This document shows, piece by piece, positions 17,747 to 26,859 of a DNA stretch of 64,000 nt (positions within the stretch are counted from its first letter, which is position 1; every line of letters starts with the position of its first letter). Below the pieces are notes generated by a model. It saw nothing but the letters and a program-made list of their open reading frames with translations, searched no databases and was not told where the DNA came from. The DNA lies in contig CAWASF010000019.1 of NCBI GenBank assembly GCA_963784685.1, positions 730,933-794,932 on the forward strand, written 5' to 3'. The DNA comes from an uncultured Actinomycetota bacterium. GTDB lineage: Bacteria; Actinomycetota; Actinomycetes; Mycobacteriales; Mycobacteriaceae. The translations under genes were made by a program, and so were the position numbers.

Positions 17747-19021
17747 TTAATCTTTCGGCGTGAAGGTGAGGTGGAGCTCGCTGAGCCCGCGGAGAATGTA
17801 CGTCGGCTCGTAGGTGTATCGGCGATCGTCGGCCGGCCCGTGTTTGACCTCGTCGATCTTGATGTCGGCCATCCGGTCCAGGATGCGTTCGATGGAAACC
17901 CGGCCCTCCACCCTGGCCAACGGTCCACCCGGGCACGAGTGCACGCCGCGGGCGAAGGCCATGTGCTCGCGAACGTTCTTACGGTCGAGGTCGAACTCGT
18001 GCGGATTCTCGAAGCGGCGCGGGTCGCGATTGGCCGCGCCCGGTAGGACCATGACCACGGTGCCGGGCGCTATTTCGACGCCGCCCACCGTGGTGGCCCT
18101 GCGGGCCAGCCTCGAGTCGCATTTGACGGGGCTGTCCATCCGCAGCGATTCCTCGATGAACCCCGGAATCAGGCTGCGGTCGTCGCGCAGCCGTTGTTGG
18201 ATGTCGGGCCGGTCGCCCAGCACCTGCAGCGCGGCGCTGAGCAGCTTGGCCGTGGTTTCCTGCCCCGCCGCGAAAAGGAAGGTCGCCGACCGAACCACCT
18301 CGATGACCTCGGGCGTCGATCCGTCCGGGTACTTCGCGGTGGCCAGGGAGGTCAAGACGTCGCCGCGCGGTTCGCGGCGGCGGTCCTCGATATAGGAGCA
18401 GAACGTCTCGTCGAGCCACTCCAGCGGGTTGACGCCGATCGACTTGTGATCAAGGGCTCCGACCCGACCCGGTTTGTCGGCACCCAAGACCACGCGAAAC
18501 TCCTTATGGTCCTCCTCCGGAACGCCGAGCAGGTCGGCGATCACCAACGTGGCGAAGGGCTTTGAGTATTCGCTGATGAACTCGCACTCGCCGTTGACCA
18601 GAAACTCGTCGAGCTGGCGGTCGGCCAGGCGCCACATGAACTCCTCGTTCTGCTTCAGCCGGCTGGGCGTCAGCAGTCGGCTCAGCACCGAGCGGGCACG
18701 GGTGTGGTCCGGCGGGTCCATGGTGACCATGTGCTCGAACATCGGAAAATAGCTGCGGTGCTCGTCGATCTGGGCGCTGATGTCGTCGCCCTCGGGCTGG
18801 AACGGCAGCGGGGGGAACGGCCCGCCGAGCGCGACGATGTTCGAGAAGGTGTCGGGGTCCTTGTAGACCTCGGTGGCTTCGTCATAGCCGGTGACGGCGA
18901 CGACCCCGTGATGCGGTAGCCGCAGCACGGGGTTTTGACTGCGCAGGTAGTCGAAGTACGGATGCGGGTCGGGCACCATGGACTGATCGGTGAAGAAGTC
19001 GATCGTTTCGTAGTTGCTCAT
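17747..19021 (-). CDS. cytochrome P450 monooxygenase
   Basis: Heme-thiolate loop FARGVHSCPGGPLA, I-helix AAGQETT, ExxR (EESLR). 424 aa. Confidence 0.95.
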   Translation of the reverse strand: MSNYETIDFFTDQSMVPDPHPYFDYLRSQNPVLRLPHHGVVAVTGYDEATEVYKDPDTFSNIVALGGPFPPLPFQPEGDDISAQIDEHRSYFPMFEHMVTMDPPDHTRARSVLSRLLTPSRLKQNEEFMWRLADRQLDEFLVNGECEFISEYSKPFATLVIADLLGVPEEDHKEFRVVLGADKPGRVGALDHKSIGVNPLEWLDETFCSYIEDRRREPRGDVLTSLATAKYPDGSTPEVIEVVRSATFLFAAGQETTAKLLSAALQVLGDRPDIQQRLRDDRSLIPGFIEESLRMDSPVKCDSRLARRATTVGGVEIAPGTVVMVLPGAANRDPRRFENPHEFDLDRKNVREHMAFARGVHSCPGGPLARVEGRVSIERILDRMADIKIDEVKHGPADDRRYTYEPTYILRGLSELHLTFTPKD

Positions 19022-19103
19022 GTCGTGCGTGCCTCCAAAAGCCGGCTTTGGCCCGATGGTGGTTTCGCGGCGAGACTTCGCGCCGCGCGAGTCCGGTATC
19101 CAG

Positions 19104-19123
19104 TGCTGAGCACCTGCTTAGCA
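19104..19123. promoter_or_regulatory. twin 9-bp palindromes TGCTGAGCA and TGCTTAGCA (candidate operator)
   Basis: At 19104-19112 and 19115-19123, 11 bp centre to centre, in the P450/TetR divergent region. A further 12-bp palindrome AAAGCCGGCTTT sits at 19038-19049, just upstream of the P450 SD sequence. Confidence 0.4.
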
Positions 19124-19249
19124 TGGCGGTAATGTCAGGGTCAAGGTCACGCGCCTGTCACCAAGCCGGGCGACAACTCGCTCTGGCTTACGATCGGGCG
19201 TGGGCGACACTCGGATGTCGCGGTTACGTCGAAGGTATGGGGTGAAGGC

Positions 19250-19960
19250 ATGACATCTTCTTCCGGAGCCCGCAGGATCGGGGCGCCGGACGCGAAGAAT
19301 CGCGGCCTGCTGCTCGACGCGGCCGAGCAGTTGATGCTCGAAGAGGGCTACGCGGCGGTGACGTCGCGCCGCCTCGCGCACAAGGCGGGGCTCAAACCCC
19401 AGTTGGTGCACTACTACTTCCGCACGATGGAGGAATTGTTCCTCGAGGTTTTCCGTCGCCGCGCCGAGGAGGGCCTCGAGATGCAGGCGCGGGCGCTGCA
19501 ATCGCCCCAGCCGTTGTGGGCGCTCTGGCGCTTCGGCACCGATCCCGCGTTCACCCGGATTTCGATGGAGTTCATGGCGCTGGCCAATCACCGCAAGGAG
19601 CTGCGAGCCGAAATCGCTTACTACGCGGAGCGTTTCCGTGATGAACAACGCCGGGCGGTGACGGCTGCCTTGCTGCGCTACGGCGTGGAGAGCGAGGACG
19701 TGCCGCCGGTGGTGTGGACCGTACTCATGACCAGCCTGTCGCGATTTCTGGTGCTCGAACAGGCGGTGGGTATTTCTGGCGGGCATGCCGAAACCATGGA
19801 ACTGGTCGAAAGTCATCTGCGCCGCCTGGAGGGCGAGCCGCAGCGCATTGCGGATATACCGCCCTCCTGGGTGGTTCACCAGTTCCGTATCGAACAGAGC
19901 ACGCCCCTCGGCCCGTCCTTGGACACGACGACGGTCCCGTCCACCGACAGGTCGCAGTGA
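19250..19960 (+). CDS. TetR-family transcriptional regulator
   Basis: HTH region LLDAAEQLMLEEGYAAVTSRRLAHKAGLKPQLVHYYFRTMEELF. Divergent from the P450 gene. The C-terminal ~28 codons overlap the convergent gene. Confidence 0.88.
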   Translation: MTSSSGARRIGAPDAKNRGLLLDAAEQLMLEEGYAAVTSRRLAHKAGLKPQLVHYYFRTMEELFLEVFRRRAEEGLEMQARALQSPQPLWALWRFGTDPAFTRISMEFMALANHRKELRAEIAYYAERFRDEQRRAVTAALLRYGVESEDVPPVVWTVLMTSLSRFLVLEQAVGISGGHAETMELVESHLRRLEGEPQRIADIPPSWVVHQFRIEQSTPLGPSLDTTTVPSTDRSQ

Positions 19961-20313
19961 AACTGCGGTGTCCCTGGTTCCGCGCCGGTGCTCACCGAGA
20001 CCATTGCGTACACTTCCGGTTTCGTCAGATTCAGTTCGAAGCTCCACGGCTTGCCCGGGGCGATGTCGGCGTTGACGTGCGGCGTGAACCGGTACGGATC
20101 GTGGCTGTAGTCGGAGAACATGGCCGGCTCTTGATCGAGGTAGTAGATGTCGGCGTAGATCGGATTCTGCGCGGTGACGGTGTACTTGACGTGATGCATG
20201 ACCGGGTCATCGGCATGTGCCCGTCCGGCGCTCACGAGCAGCCCGGTCCCGCCCATCAGCACCGCGACTAACATCGCCGAGCCCGCGTGCAGCGCTCTGT
20301 GCACCGTGGTCAT
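19876..20313 (-). CDS. MmpS-like secreted/membrane-anchored protein
   Basis: ATG 20313 overlaps the echA stop (ATGA at 20310-20313). Signal/anchor segment SAMLVAVLMGGTGLLVSAGRAHA. MmpS-like pattern VKYTVTA..ADIYY...PWSFE...C.LSVDG....G..C. Confidence 0.6.
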   Translation of the reverse strand: MTTVHRALHAGSAMLVAVLMGGTGLLVSAGRAHADDPVMHHVKYTVTAQNPIYADIYYLDQEPAMFSDYSHDPYRFTPHVNADIAPGKPWSFELNLTKPEVYAMVSVSTGAEPGTPQFHCDLSVDGTVVVSKDGPRGVLCSIRNW

Positions 20314-21056
20314 GTCGCTCCTCCGGCTTCCGGGCGCGGACTGGCGGTGCGGTTCATTACCCGCTCTGCGGCGCGCCAGTGTGCGTCGGCAACCCACAGC
20401 CGTGCAAAGGATGCTATCGCCTCGTCGGGCGAAACCCCGCTGATTACGCGCTTTATTTCGGTCGCCGGGTGGCGGGCAAGCGACCGCGCGACCGAGCGCC
20501 AGCCCTCCTCGAATGACGAGCGCGGGAACACCAGATCCACCAGGCCGATCCGCACGGCCTCGACCGCGTTGAGCGCGGTTCCGCTGCCCGCCAGCAGAAG
20601 CGCCCTGCCCTTTCCGACGAGCGCGGCCAGCCGCTCGGCGCCGCCCCAGGCCGGCATGATTTCCAGATCCACTTGATTGAAGGCGATCTTGATGTCGTCG
20701 GCAGCCACCCGAATGTCAGCAGCGACAGCGACTTCCGCGCCGCCGCCGAAGGCGTGGCCATTGAGGGCGGCGATCACCGGAGCCGGGAAGCCGGCGAGCT
20801 GATCGCAGATCGACCGCATCCGCTTCGCCATGGCCGAGGCGTCCTCCTCGGTCCGCAGCGCGCTCAGCTCCTTCAGGTCGCCACCCGAGACGAACGCCCG
20901 ATCGCCGGCGCCTTTGATGACCAGGGTTCGAGCCCCCGCCGCCTCGTCGAGCGCCTTTTCCAGCTGCCCCATGGTGTCTAATGAGATTGCATTGCGCGCA
21001 TGCGGACGATCGATGGTGAGCACGGCCAGCCCGTCATCGAATTCCAGGTCCACCAT
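20310..21056 (-). CDS. enoyl-CoA hydratase/isomerase (crotonase family)
   Basis: Crotonase fold signatures: VLTIDRPHARNAIS, GAGDRAFVSGGDLKEL, ALNGHAFGGGAEVAVAADIRVA. Confidence 0.9.
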   Translation of the reverse strand: MVDLEFDDGLAVLTIDRPHARNAISLDTMGQLEKALDEAAGARTLVIKGAGDRAFVSGGDLKELSALRTEEDASAMAKRMRSICDQLAGFPAPVIAALNGHAFGGGAEVAVAADIRVAADDIKIAFNQVDLEIMPAWGGAERLAALVGKGRALLLAGSGTALNAVEAVRIGLVDLVFPRSSFEEGWRSVARSLARHPATEIKRVISGVSPDEAIASFARLWVADAHWRAAERVMNRTASPRPEAGGAT

Positions 21057-21151
21057 GCGTCATTGCTCCCGATATTGGCATTCTCCTTCACGGAGAATAA
21101 CATCATCGCCGCAGGCCCAGAAGTTTCCGCCCTCAGGATCGAGGTGACCCA

Positions 21152-21574
21152 GTGCGGAACCGAATCGCACCGGCGGCCGCCGCGGCGCTCGCGGTTGCCT
21201 GCCTCGGGGCCTGCACCCCACGGCCGCAGACTCAGGCTTCCGGCACGGCAACCGTGACGGTCGACGGGCACGACACGAAATTCCAGATCGTCAGCTGCAC
21301 CCAGGTGGCGTGGATTCGGACGATCGCCATTGGCAGCGACGCCGCCGGCGCCAAGGTTGTCGTCGATCAGCGCAAAGATCCGATCACCGCCGAATCCGTG
21401 CGGATCCAAAACCTGGGTGGCTTCACCGGCATGTACTCGCAGGGTGACGGGGGCGATGCCACCCTGAGCCACAGCGGCGGCAGATTCACGATCACCGGAA
21501 CCGCCAACGGCTACAAGGTCGACACGCCGGGGGAACCGGCCAGCGCCACCTTCAAGGTCATCGCCGAGTGCTGA
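21152..21574 (+). CDS. LpqH-family (19-kDa antigen-like) lipoprotein
   Basis: GTG start. Lipobox LGAC. Mature part (VTVDGHDTKFQIVSCT ... RFTITGTANGYKVDTPGEPASATFKVIAEC) parallels the LpqH family layout, including the C-terminal Cys. Confidence 0.8.
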   Translation: MRNRIAPAAAAALAVACLGACTPRPQTQASGTATVTVDGHDTKFQIVSCTQVAWIRTIAIGSDAAGAKVVVDQRKDPITAESVRIQNLGGFTGMYSQGDGGDATLSHSGGRFTITGTANGYKVDTPGEPASATFKVIAEC

Positions 21575-21608
21575 CCGCGTCCTTGCACGTTGCGATCGGG
21601 CACCCGTT

Positions 21609-21623
21609 GAGAATAGTATTCTC
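21609..21623. promoter_or_regulatory. AT-rich 15-bp palindrome GAGAATAGTATTCTC upstream of the amidohydrolase operon
   Basis: Perfect 7-bp arms around a central G, ending 23 bp upstream of ATG 21646. It stands out against the GC-rich background. Confidence 0.35.
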
Positions 21624-21645
21624 GTAAATCGCGAAGGAGGATTTC

Positions 21646-22836
21646 ATGGGGCAGTTGTCGCATCGGGAAGACGTCCCGTTTCCGCTCTTTGACGCGGACA
21701 ACCATCTCTACGAGCCGCCGGAGGCGCTGACCAAGTACCTGCCCAAGGAGTACAAGGACTTCATCCAGTACGTGCAGATCAACGGGCGCACCAAGATCGC
21801 GATCCGCGGCCACATCAGCAACTACATCCCCAACCCGACCTTCGAGGTGGTCGCCCGGCCGGGTGCCTGGGAGGAGTACTTCAAGTACGGCAACCCGGAC
21901 GGCAAGACCAAGCGCGAGCTGTTCGGCGAGCCGATGCGCGCGATCCCGGCGTTCTTCGAGCCGGGCGCGCGCCTGGAGAAGATGAACGAGCTGGGTCTGG
22001 ACCGCACCCTGATGTTCCCGACGCTGGCCAGCCTGCTCGAGGAACGGCTGCGCGACGACCCGGTCGCCATCCACGTCCTGATCCACGCGCTGAACCAGTG
22101 GCTCGACGAGGTCTGGGGCTTCAACTACCAGAACCGGATCTTCACCACCCCGGTCATCACCCTGCCGATCGTCGAGAAGGCGATCGAGGAGCTGGAGTGG
22201 GCGGTCAAGCGCGGTGCCCGCTGCATCCTGGTCCGCCCGGCTCCCGTCCCCGGCTTCCGCGGCCCGCGGTCGTTCGCGGTGCCCGAGTTCGACCCGTTCT
22301 GGGAGCGCGTCGTCGAGCACGACGTGCTGGTCGGCATGCACTCCAGCGACAGCGGCTACTCCCGGTACACCTCCGAATGGGACGGCGCCGAACAGGAGAT
22401 GCTGCCGTTCCAAACCAATGCGATGGGCATCCTCAACGAGTGGCGGCCCATCCAGGACGCGGTGGGTTCATGGGTGATCCACGGCGCGCTCTACCGTCAT
22501 CCCAAGCTGAAGGTGGCCATCGTCGAGGCCGGCTCGAAGTGGATGGTCCCGCTGCTGGACGGCCTTGCCGAGGTCTTCCGGAAGGCCCCGGAGGTCTTCC
22601 CGAGCGACCCGGTCGAGATGGTCAAGAACCGCATCCACGTGAGCCCGTTCTTCGAGGATGGCATCGACGATCTGGTCAACCTCGTCGGCGTGGATCAGGT
22701 GCTGTACGGCTCGGACTGGCCGCACCCGGAAGGGCTGGCTGAGCCGACCTTCTATATCAACGCGCTGGCGCACCTGCCCGTCGAGGACCAGGCAAAGATC
22801 ATGGGCGGCAACCTCGGTCGGCTCGTCACGGTGTGA
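21646..22836 (+). CDS. amidohydrolase-2 (ACMSD/LigW-like metal-dependent hydrolase/decarboxylase) family protein
   Basis: 396 aa. N-terminal FDADNHLYEPPEA and C-terminal VLYGSDWPHPEG are typical of this family. SD GAAGGAGG lies upstream. Confidence 0.85.
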   Translation: MGQLSHREDVPFPLFDADNHLYEPPEALTKYLPKEYKDFIQYVQINGRTKIAIRGHISNYIPNPTFEVVARPGAWEEYFKYGNPDGKTKRELFGEPMRAIPAFFEPGARLEKMNELGLDRTLMFPTLASLLEERLRDDPVAIHVLIHALNQWLDEVWGFNYQNRIFTTPVITLPIVEKAIEELEWAVKRGARCILVRPAPVPGFRGPRSFAVPEFDPFWERVVEHDVLVGMHSSDSGYSRYTSEWDGAEQEMLPFQTNAMGILNEWRPIQDAVGSWVIHGALYRHPKLKVAIVEAGSKWMVPLLDGLAEVFRKAPEVFPSDPVEMVKNRIHVSPFFEDGIDDLVNLVGVDQVLYGSDWPHPEGLAEPTFYINALAHLPVEDQAKIMGGNLGRLVTV

Positions 22837-24272
22837 CGTCTGGCCAACCCTGGCAGACCATCCCCGAGATGGTCTTGAGCGCGGCGGACCGATTCGGTGA
22901 CGCCGAGGCGATCGTCGACGGTCCGCTGCGCTTCACTTTCGCGCAGGTTGTCGAGCGAATACGTTGTGCCGCAGGTGCATTCGCTGATCTCGGTGTCGGC
23001 GAGGGAGAACGGGTCGCCATCTGGGCGCCCAACTGCGCAGAGTGGATAATCGCGGCGTTCGGGCTGCTCACCGCGGGCGGTGTGCTCGTGCCGGTCAACA
23101 CGCGGTTCAAGACCGAAGAAGCCGGCGACATCATCGGCCGCAGCGGAGCCAAGGCCGTCCTGGTGCGGAAGGGATTTCTGGGGCAGGACTACACCGCGCC
23201 CGCGGGTATACCGGTCATCGATCTCAAGTCCGACTTCCTTTCCGGCGGTGCTCCGGTCGAGCGCAGGGTGAGCGGCACCGACATCGCCGACGTCATCTTC
23301 ACCTCGGGCACGACCGGCCGCCCGAAGGGCGCGATGATGAATCATCGGCAAACGCTGCGAATGTACGAGGAGTGGGCGACGCTCGCGGACCTGCGCGAGG
23401 GTGACCGCTACTTGCAGATCAACCCGTACTTCCACACGTTCGGCCTGAAAGCGGGGCTCATCGCGTCCTTCCTGCGCGGCGCGACGATGCTGCCGGTGGC
23501 GGTTTTCGACGTCGACACCGTGGTCGATCTCATTGAACGCGAACGTATCACGATGCTGCCCGGCCCCCCGACGCTGTACCACTCGTTGCTGACCGTCCGC
23601 GACAAGGCCAGGCTGTCGACGCTGCGGGCGGGCGTCACCGGCGCCGCCGACATCCCGGTCGAGCTGGTTCGTCGCATCCACGGCGAATTGCCCTTCCAGA
23701 CGTTGATGACCGGTTACGGACTGACCGAGGCCGGCAATGTCACCCTGTCCCGGCCGGGCGATTCGTTCGAGGAGGTGGCCACCACCGCGGGCCTGCCGTG
23801 CGAGGGGGTCGAGGTGCGCATCGCGGACGACGGCGAGGTGCTGGTGCGCGGCTACGGCGTCATGCAGGGCTACCTCGACGAGCCGGAGGCCACCGCGCGG
23901 GCGATCGATGACGACGGCTGGCTGCACACCGGAGATCTCGGCAACATCGATGACGCCGGTCGCCTCCGCGTGGTGGGGCGCAAAAAGGACATGTTCATCG
24001 TGGGCGGGTTCAACGCGTACCCGGCGGAGATCGAGGGATTCCTGCTCGAGCACCCGGCGGTGGCGCAGGCCGCCGTGATCGGCATTCCCGACGATCGACT
24101 GGGCCAGGTGGGTAAGGCATTCGTGGTCGCCAAAACTCAAGTGTCCGAAGACGAACTGCTGGTATGGTGCCGAGAGCGGATGGCGGGGTTCAAAGCGCCG
24201 AGATCCATCGAGTTTCTCGACGCGCTTCCGCTCAACGCCACCGGGAAAGTGATGAAGGACGAACTCCGTTGA
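22833..24272 (+). CDS. acyl-CoA synthetase / fatty-acid-CoA ligase (FadD-type)
   Basis: GTGA overlap with the amidohydrolase stop. AMP-binding motifs IFTSGTTGRPKGA, GYGLTE, TGDLG, GRKKDM. Confidence 0.9.
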   Translation: MTSGQPWQTIPEMVLSAADRFGDAEAIVDGPLRFTFAQVVERIRCAAGAFADLGVGEGERVAIWAPNCAEWIIAAFGLLTAGGVLVPVNTRFKTEEAGDIIGRSGAKAVLVRKGFLGQDYTAPAGIPVIDLKSDFLSGGAPVERRVSGTDIADVIFTSGTTGRPKGAMMNHRQTLRMYEEWATLADLREGDRYLQINPYFHTFGLKAGLIASFLRGATMLPVAVFDVDTVVDLIERERITMLPGPPTLYHSLLTVRDKARLSTLRAGVTGAADIPVELVRRIHGELPFQTLMTGYGLTEAGNVTLSRPGDSFEEVATTAGLPCEGVEVRIADDGEVLVRGYGVMQGYLDEPEATARAIDDDGWLHTGDLGNIDDAGRLRVVGRKKDMFIVGGFNAYPAEIEGFLLEHPAVAQAAVIGIPDDRLGQVGKAFVVAKTQVSEDELLVWCRERMAGFKAPRSIEFLDALPLNATGKVMKDELR

Positions 24273-24892
24273 CTACCGGCGACATTCATTCGATGGTGAT
24301 CGCGTCGGACTATCGCATCCCGGATCCGAAGCGGGTATGGCCACTGCTGGAGCGCAGGAAATCGGCGCTTGCCGATATCGGCGCCCACCACGTTCTGGTC
24401 TACACATCGACCCACGACTACGGCCGCGTGCTGGTGATGATCGGAGTCCACAGTCGCGAGCCCATCGTGGAGCTGCTCCGCTCGCGGGTCTTCTTCGACT
24501 GGTTCGATGCCGTCGGCGTGGAAGACATCCCCGCGGTCTTTGCCGGCGAGATCGTCGACCGATTCGTCGTGGAGCCGACATCGACTCCGGGGGCGCCCGG
24601 CGTGGTGGTGGCCGCGATCGCGTCGGTTGACGACGTGTCCACTCTGACCGCTGGAGTCCGCTCGGCGATGGACAGGTTTACCGCGGCCGGCATCCGAAAG
24701 ACCTGGGTGTTCCAGGCTTTCGACGATGATCACGAGGTGTTGATCCTGCAGGAGTTCCCCGATGAGGAGAGCGCTCGGCAGTGGATCGAGCACCCCGACG
24801 CCGCGGCCCAATGGATGTCCGGGGCGGGAGTCGGCCCCTACCCGCCGGTGTTCGTCGGCCAGTTCTTCGACATGATGCGCATCGAGGCTTGA
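24269..24892 (+). CDS. hypothetical protein (about 200 aa, two similar halves), operonic with fadD
   Basis: TTG 24269 overlaps the fadD stop (TTGA). An alternative ATG is at 24293. I recognised no family. Confidence 0.55.
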   Translation: MTTGDIHSMVIASDYRIPDPKRVWPLLERRKSALADIGAHHVLVYTSTHDYGRVLVMIGVHSREPIVELLRSRVFFDWFDAVGVEDIPAVFAGEIVDRFVVEPTSTPGAPGVVVAAIASVDDVSTLTAGVRSAMDRFTAAGIRKTWVFQAFDDDHEVLILQEFPDEESARQWIEHPDAAAQWMSGAGVGPYPPVFVGQFFDMMRIEA

Positions 24893-24908
24893 GGCCGCGG
24901 ACCGCTCG

Positions 24909-25157
24909 ATGTGGGTGTGCCTGTGTAACCGCGTCAACAGCCAGACGGTGGCCGAGGCGGTTGCGGCCGGCGCGTCGACGACCAACGACGTCGCCCAAGC
25001 CTGCGGGGCGGGCGCCGATTGCGGGCGTTGCCGGCGTACCGTCCGGGCGATATTGCAATCGTCCGCCCCGGAGCAACGGGCGCACTCGGACGGCGCCGAT
25101 CAGCGGCGCACGCCGCCTTCCGGCGACAGGGACCCAACGAGCTGGCCGAGCAGGTGA
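24909..25157 (+). CDS. BFD-like [2Fe-2S]-binding domain protein (bacterioferritin-associated ferredoxin-like)
   Basis: MWVCLCNRV ... [13 protein letters not shown] gives the C-x-C ... C-x-x-C spacing of Bfd-type ferredoxins. The tail overlaps the 3' end of the convergent pdc gene. Confidence 0.75.
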   Translation: MWVCLCNRVNSQTVAEAVAAGASTTNDVAQACGAGADCGRCRRTVRAILQSSAPEQRAHSDGADQRRTPPSGDRDPTSWPSR

Positions 25158-26800
25158 GGGATCTCGAGCCGCGGCAAGACCACTTCGACGAACACCATGC
25201 GGTCCTTGTTGTCCGCGGCCGCGCACAACGCGTCGTCGAGTTCGCCATAGGTCTGCGCGCGGAACACCAGATGATTGGCCACCCCCAGCGCCTTCGGAAT
25301 GTCGGTCCAGCTCCAGCCGACGATGTCGTTGTAGGGGGCCGTCTCTCCGTGGATCGCCCGCTCGACGGTGTAGCCGTCGTTGTTGACCACCACGATGACC
25401 GGGGACAACCCCTCGCGGGAGAAGGTGCCGAGCTCCTGAACGGTGAGTTGCGCTGCCCCGTCGCCGATCAGCAACACCGTCCTGCGGTCGGGATGCGCGA
25501 CCGCGGCGCCGACGGCCGCGGGCAGCGTGTAACCGATTGAGCCCCAAAGTGGTTGGCCGATGAAGGTGACTCCGTGCGGCAACCGGTGATCCGCCATGCC
25601 ATAGAACGACGTGCCTTGGTCGGCGAGCACGACGTTCCCCGGCGTGAGAGCGACGCACAGGCGGTCCCACAGCATCCGTTGGGTGAGGGGTTGATCGCGG
25701 GGCGGAGGTGGCGGCAGCGGTTCGGCGGGCGGGGCGACCACGGCGGGAGACGTGATCCCGCGCCGGACGACGATCGTGGCCAGCGCCTCCAAGGCAGCGC
25801 CCATTTCCAGCGGCGCGAAGACTTCACCGGCCACACTGCTTTGGTACTGCCCGACGTCGATGGTCCGGGCCGGGTCGATCCGCTGGCTGAAGAAGCCGCT
25901 GACCATGTCGGTGAACACCACCCCCGCGGTCACCAGCACCGGCGCCTCTTCGATCGCCGTCCGCAGCCATTCGGGGCTGGCCGCACCCGCGTAGATCCCC
26001 AGGAATTGGGGCGAGCTCTCGTCGAGCAGGCTCTTTCCCCACATCAACGTGGCGTGCGGCACCACGTCGGCCGCGAGCAGCGCCTCGAGCTCTTTGACCG
26101 CTTGCAGGCGGTGCACCAGCAAGTCGGCGAGCACCGTCAGCTGGTGGTCCGCGACGAGGGCGGTGGCGGCCTCGACGAACAGCGACAGCGCGCGGGGGCT
26201 GGTGCCGCCGGTGTAGCGGGGCAGCGGGTCCGCGGGCGGCTCGGTGGGGAAGCGCGCCACGTCGGTGGACAGCAGTATGTATCCGGGGCGCTTCTGCTCC
26301 CGCACCTCGCTGAGCACCCGGTCAATCTCCCTGCACGCGGTCGCGGGCATGAGATTGGCTTGGGCGCAGGTGATTTCGCGGCTGATCCGGAAGAAGTGCT
26401 CGAAGTCTCCGTCGCCGAGTGAATGGTGCAGCGCGCGCCTGGCGCCCTGCGCGTCCTTGGAGGGTCCGCCGACGATGTGCACGAGGGGCACGTGCTCGGC
26501 GTAGCCGCCCGCGATCGCATTGGCCGCGGACAGTTCACCCACGCCGAATGTCGTTACCACAGCCGACATTCCGCGCAACCGCCCGTACCCGTCGGCCGCG
26601 TAACCGGCGTTGAGCTCGTTGGCGCTGCCCACCCACCGAATGACGGGATGGGCGACGATGTGGTCCAGGAAAGCCAGGTTGTAATCGCCGGGAACGCCGA
26701 AGATCTCGGAGACCCCGAGTTCGGCGAGACGATCTAACAAATAGTCACCGACGGTGTAAACCGCGTCGGCATGGCTGGAGAGGGGATCGGTCACAGGCAT
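25100..26800 (-). CDS. pdc: thiamine-diphosphate-dependent alpha-keto-acid (indolepyruvate/pyruvate) decarboxylase
   Basis: ATG 26800 (MPVTDPLSS...). TPP motif [35 protein letters not shown]. Position corresponds to Rv0853c. Confidence 0.9.
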   Translation of the reverse strand: MPVTDPLSSHADAVYTVGDYLLDRLAELGVSEIFGVPGDYNLAFLDHIVAHPVIRWVGSANELNAGYAADGYGRLRGMSAVVTTFGVGELSAANAIAGGYAEHVPLVHIVGGPSKDAQGARRALHHSLGDGDFEHFFRISREITCAQANLMPATACREIDRVLSEVREQKRPGYILLSTDVARFPTEPPADPLPRYTGGTSPRALSLFVEAATALVADHQLTVLADLLVHRLQAVKELEALLAADVVPHATLMWGKSLLDESSPQFLGIYAGAASPEWLRTAIEEAPVLVTAGVVFTDMVSGFFSQRIDPARTIDVGQYQSSVAGEVFAPLEMGAALEALATIVVRRGITSPAVVAPPAEPLPPPPPRDQPLTQRMLWDRLCVALTPGNVVLADQGTSFYGMADHRLPHGVTFIGQPLWGSIGYTLPAAVGAAVAHPDRRTVLLIGDGAAQLTVQELGTFSREGLSPVIVVVNNDGYTVERAIHGETAPYNDIVGWSWTDIPKALGVANHLVFRAQTYGELDDALCAAADNKDRMVFVEVVLPRLEIPHLLGQLVGSLSPEGGVRR

Positions 26801-26859
26801 GACGGTACGCCCGGCCGAAACCATTCCGGGCGGCATGCCTGCGCGCTATCGTCCCAGCC

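Noticed and set aside
22752-24140. 462-aa minus-strand ORF
   Set aside because: Antisense to the FadD gene, which has complete AMP-binding motifs.
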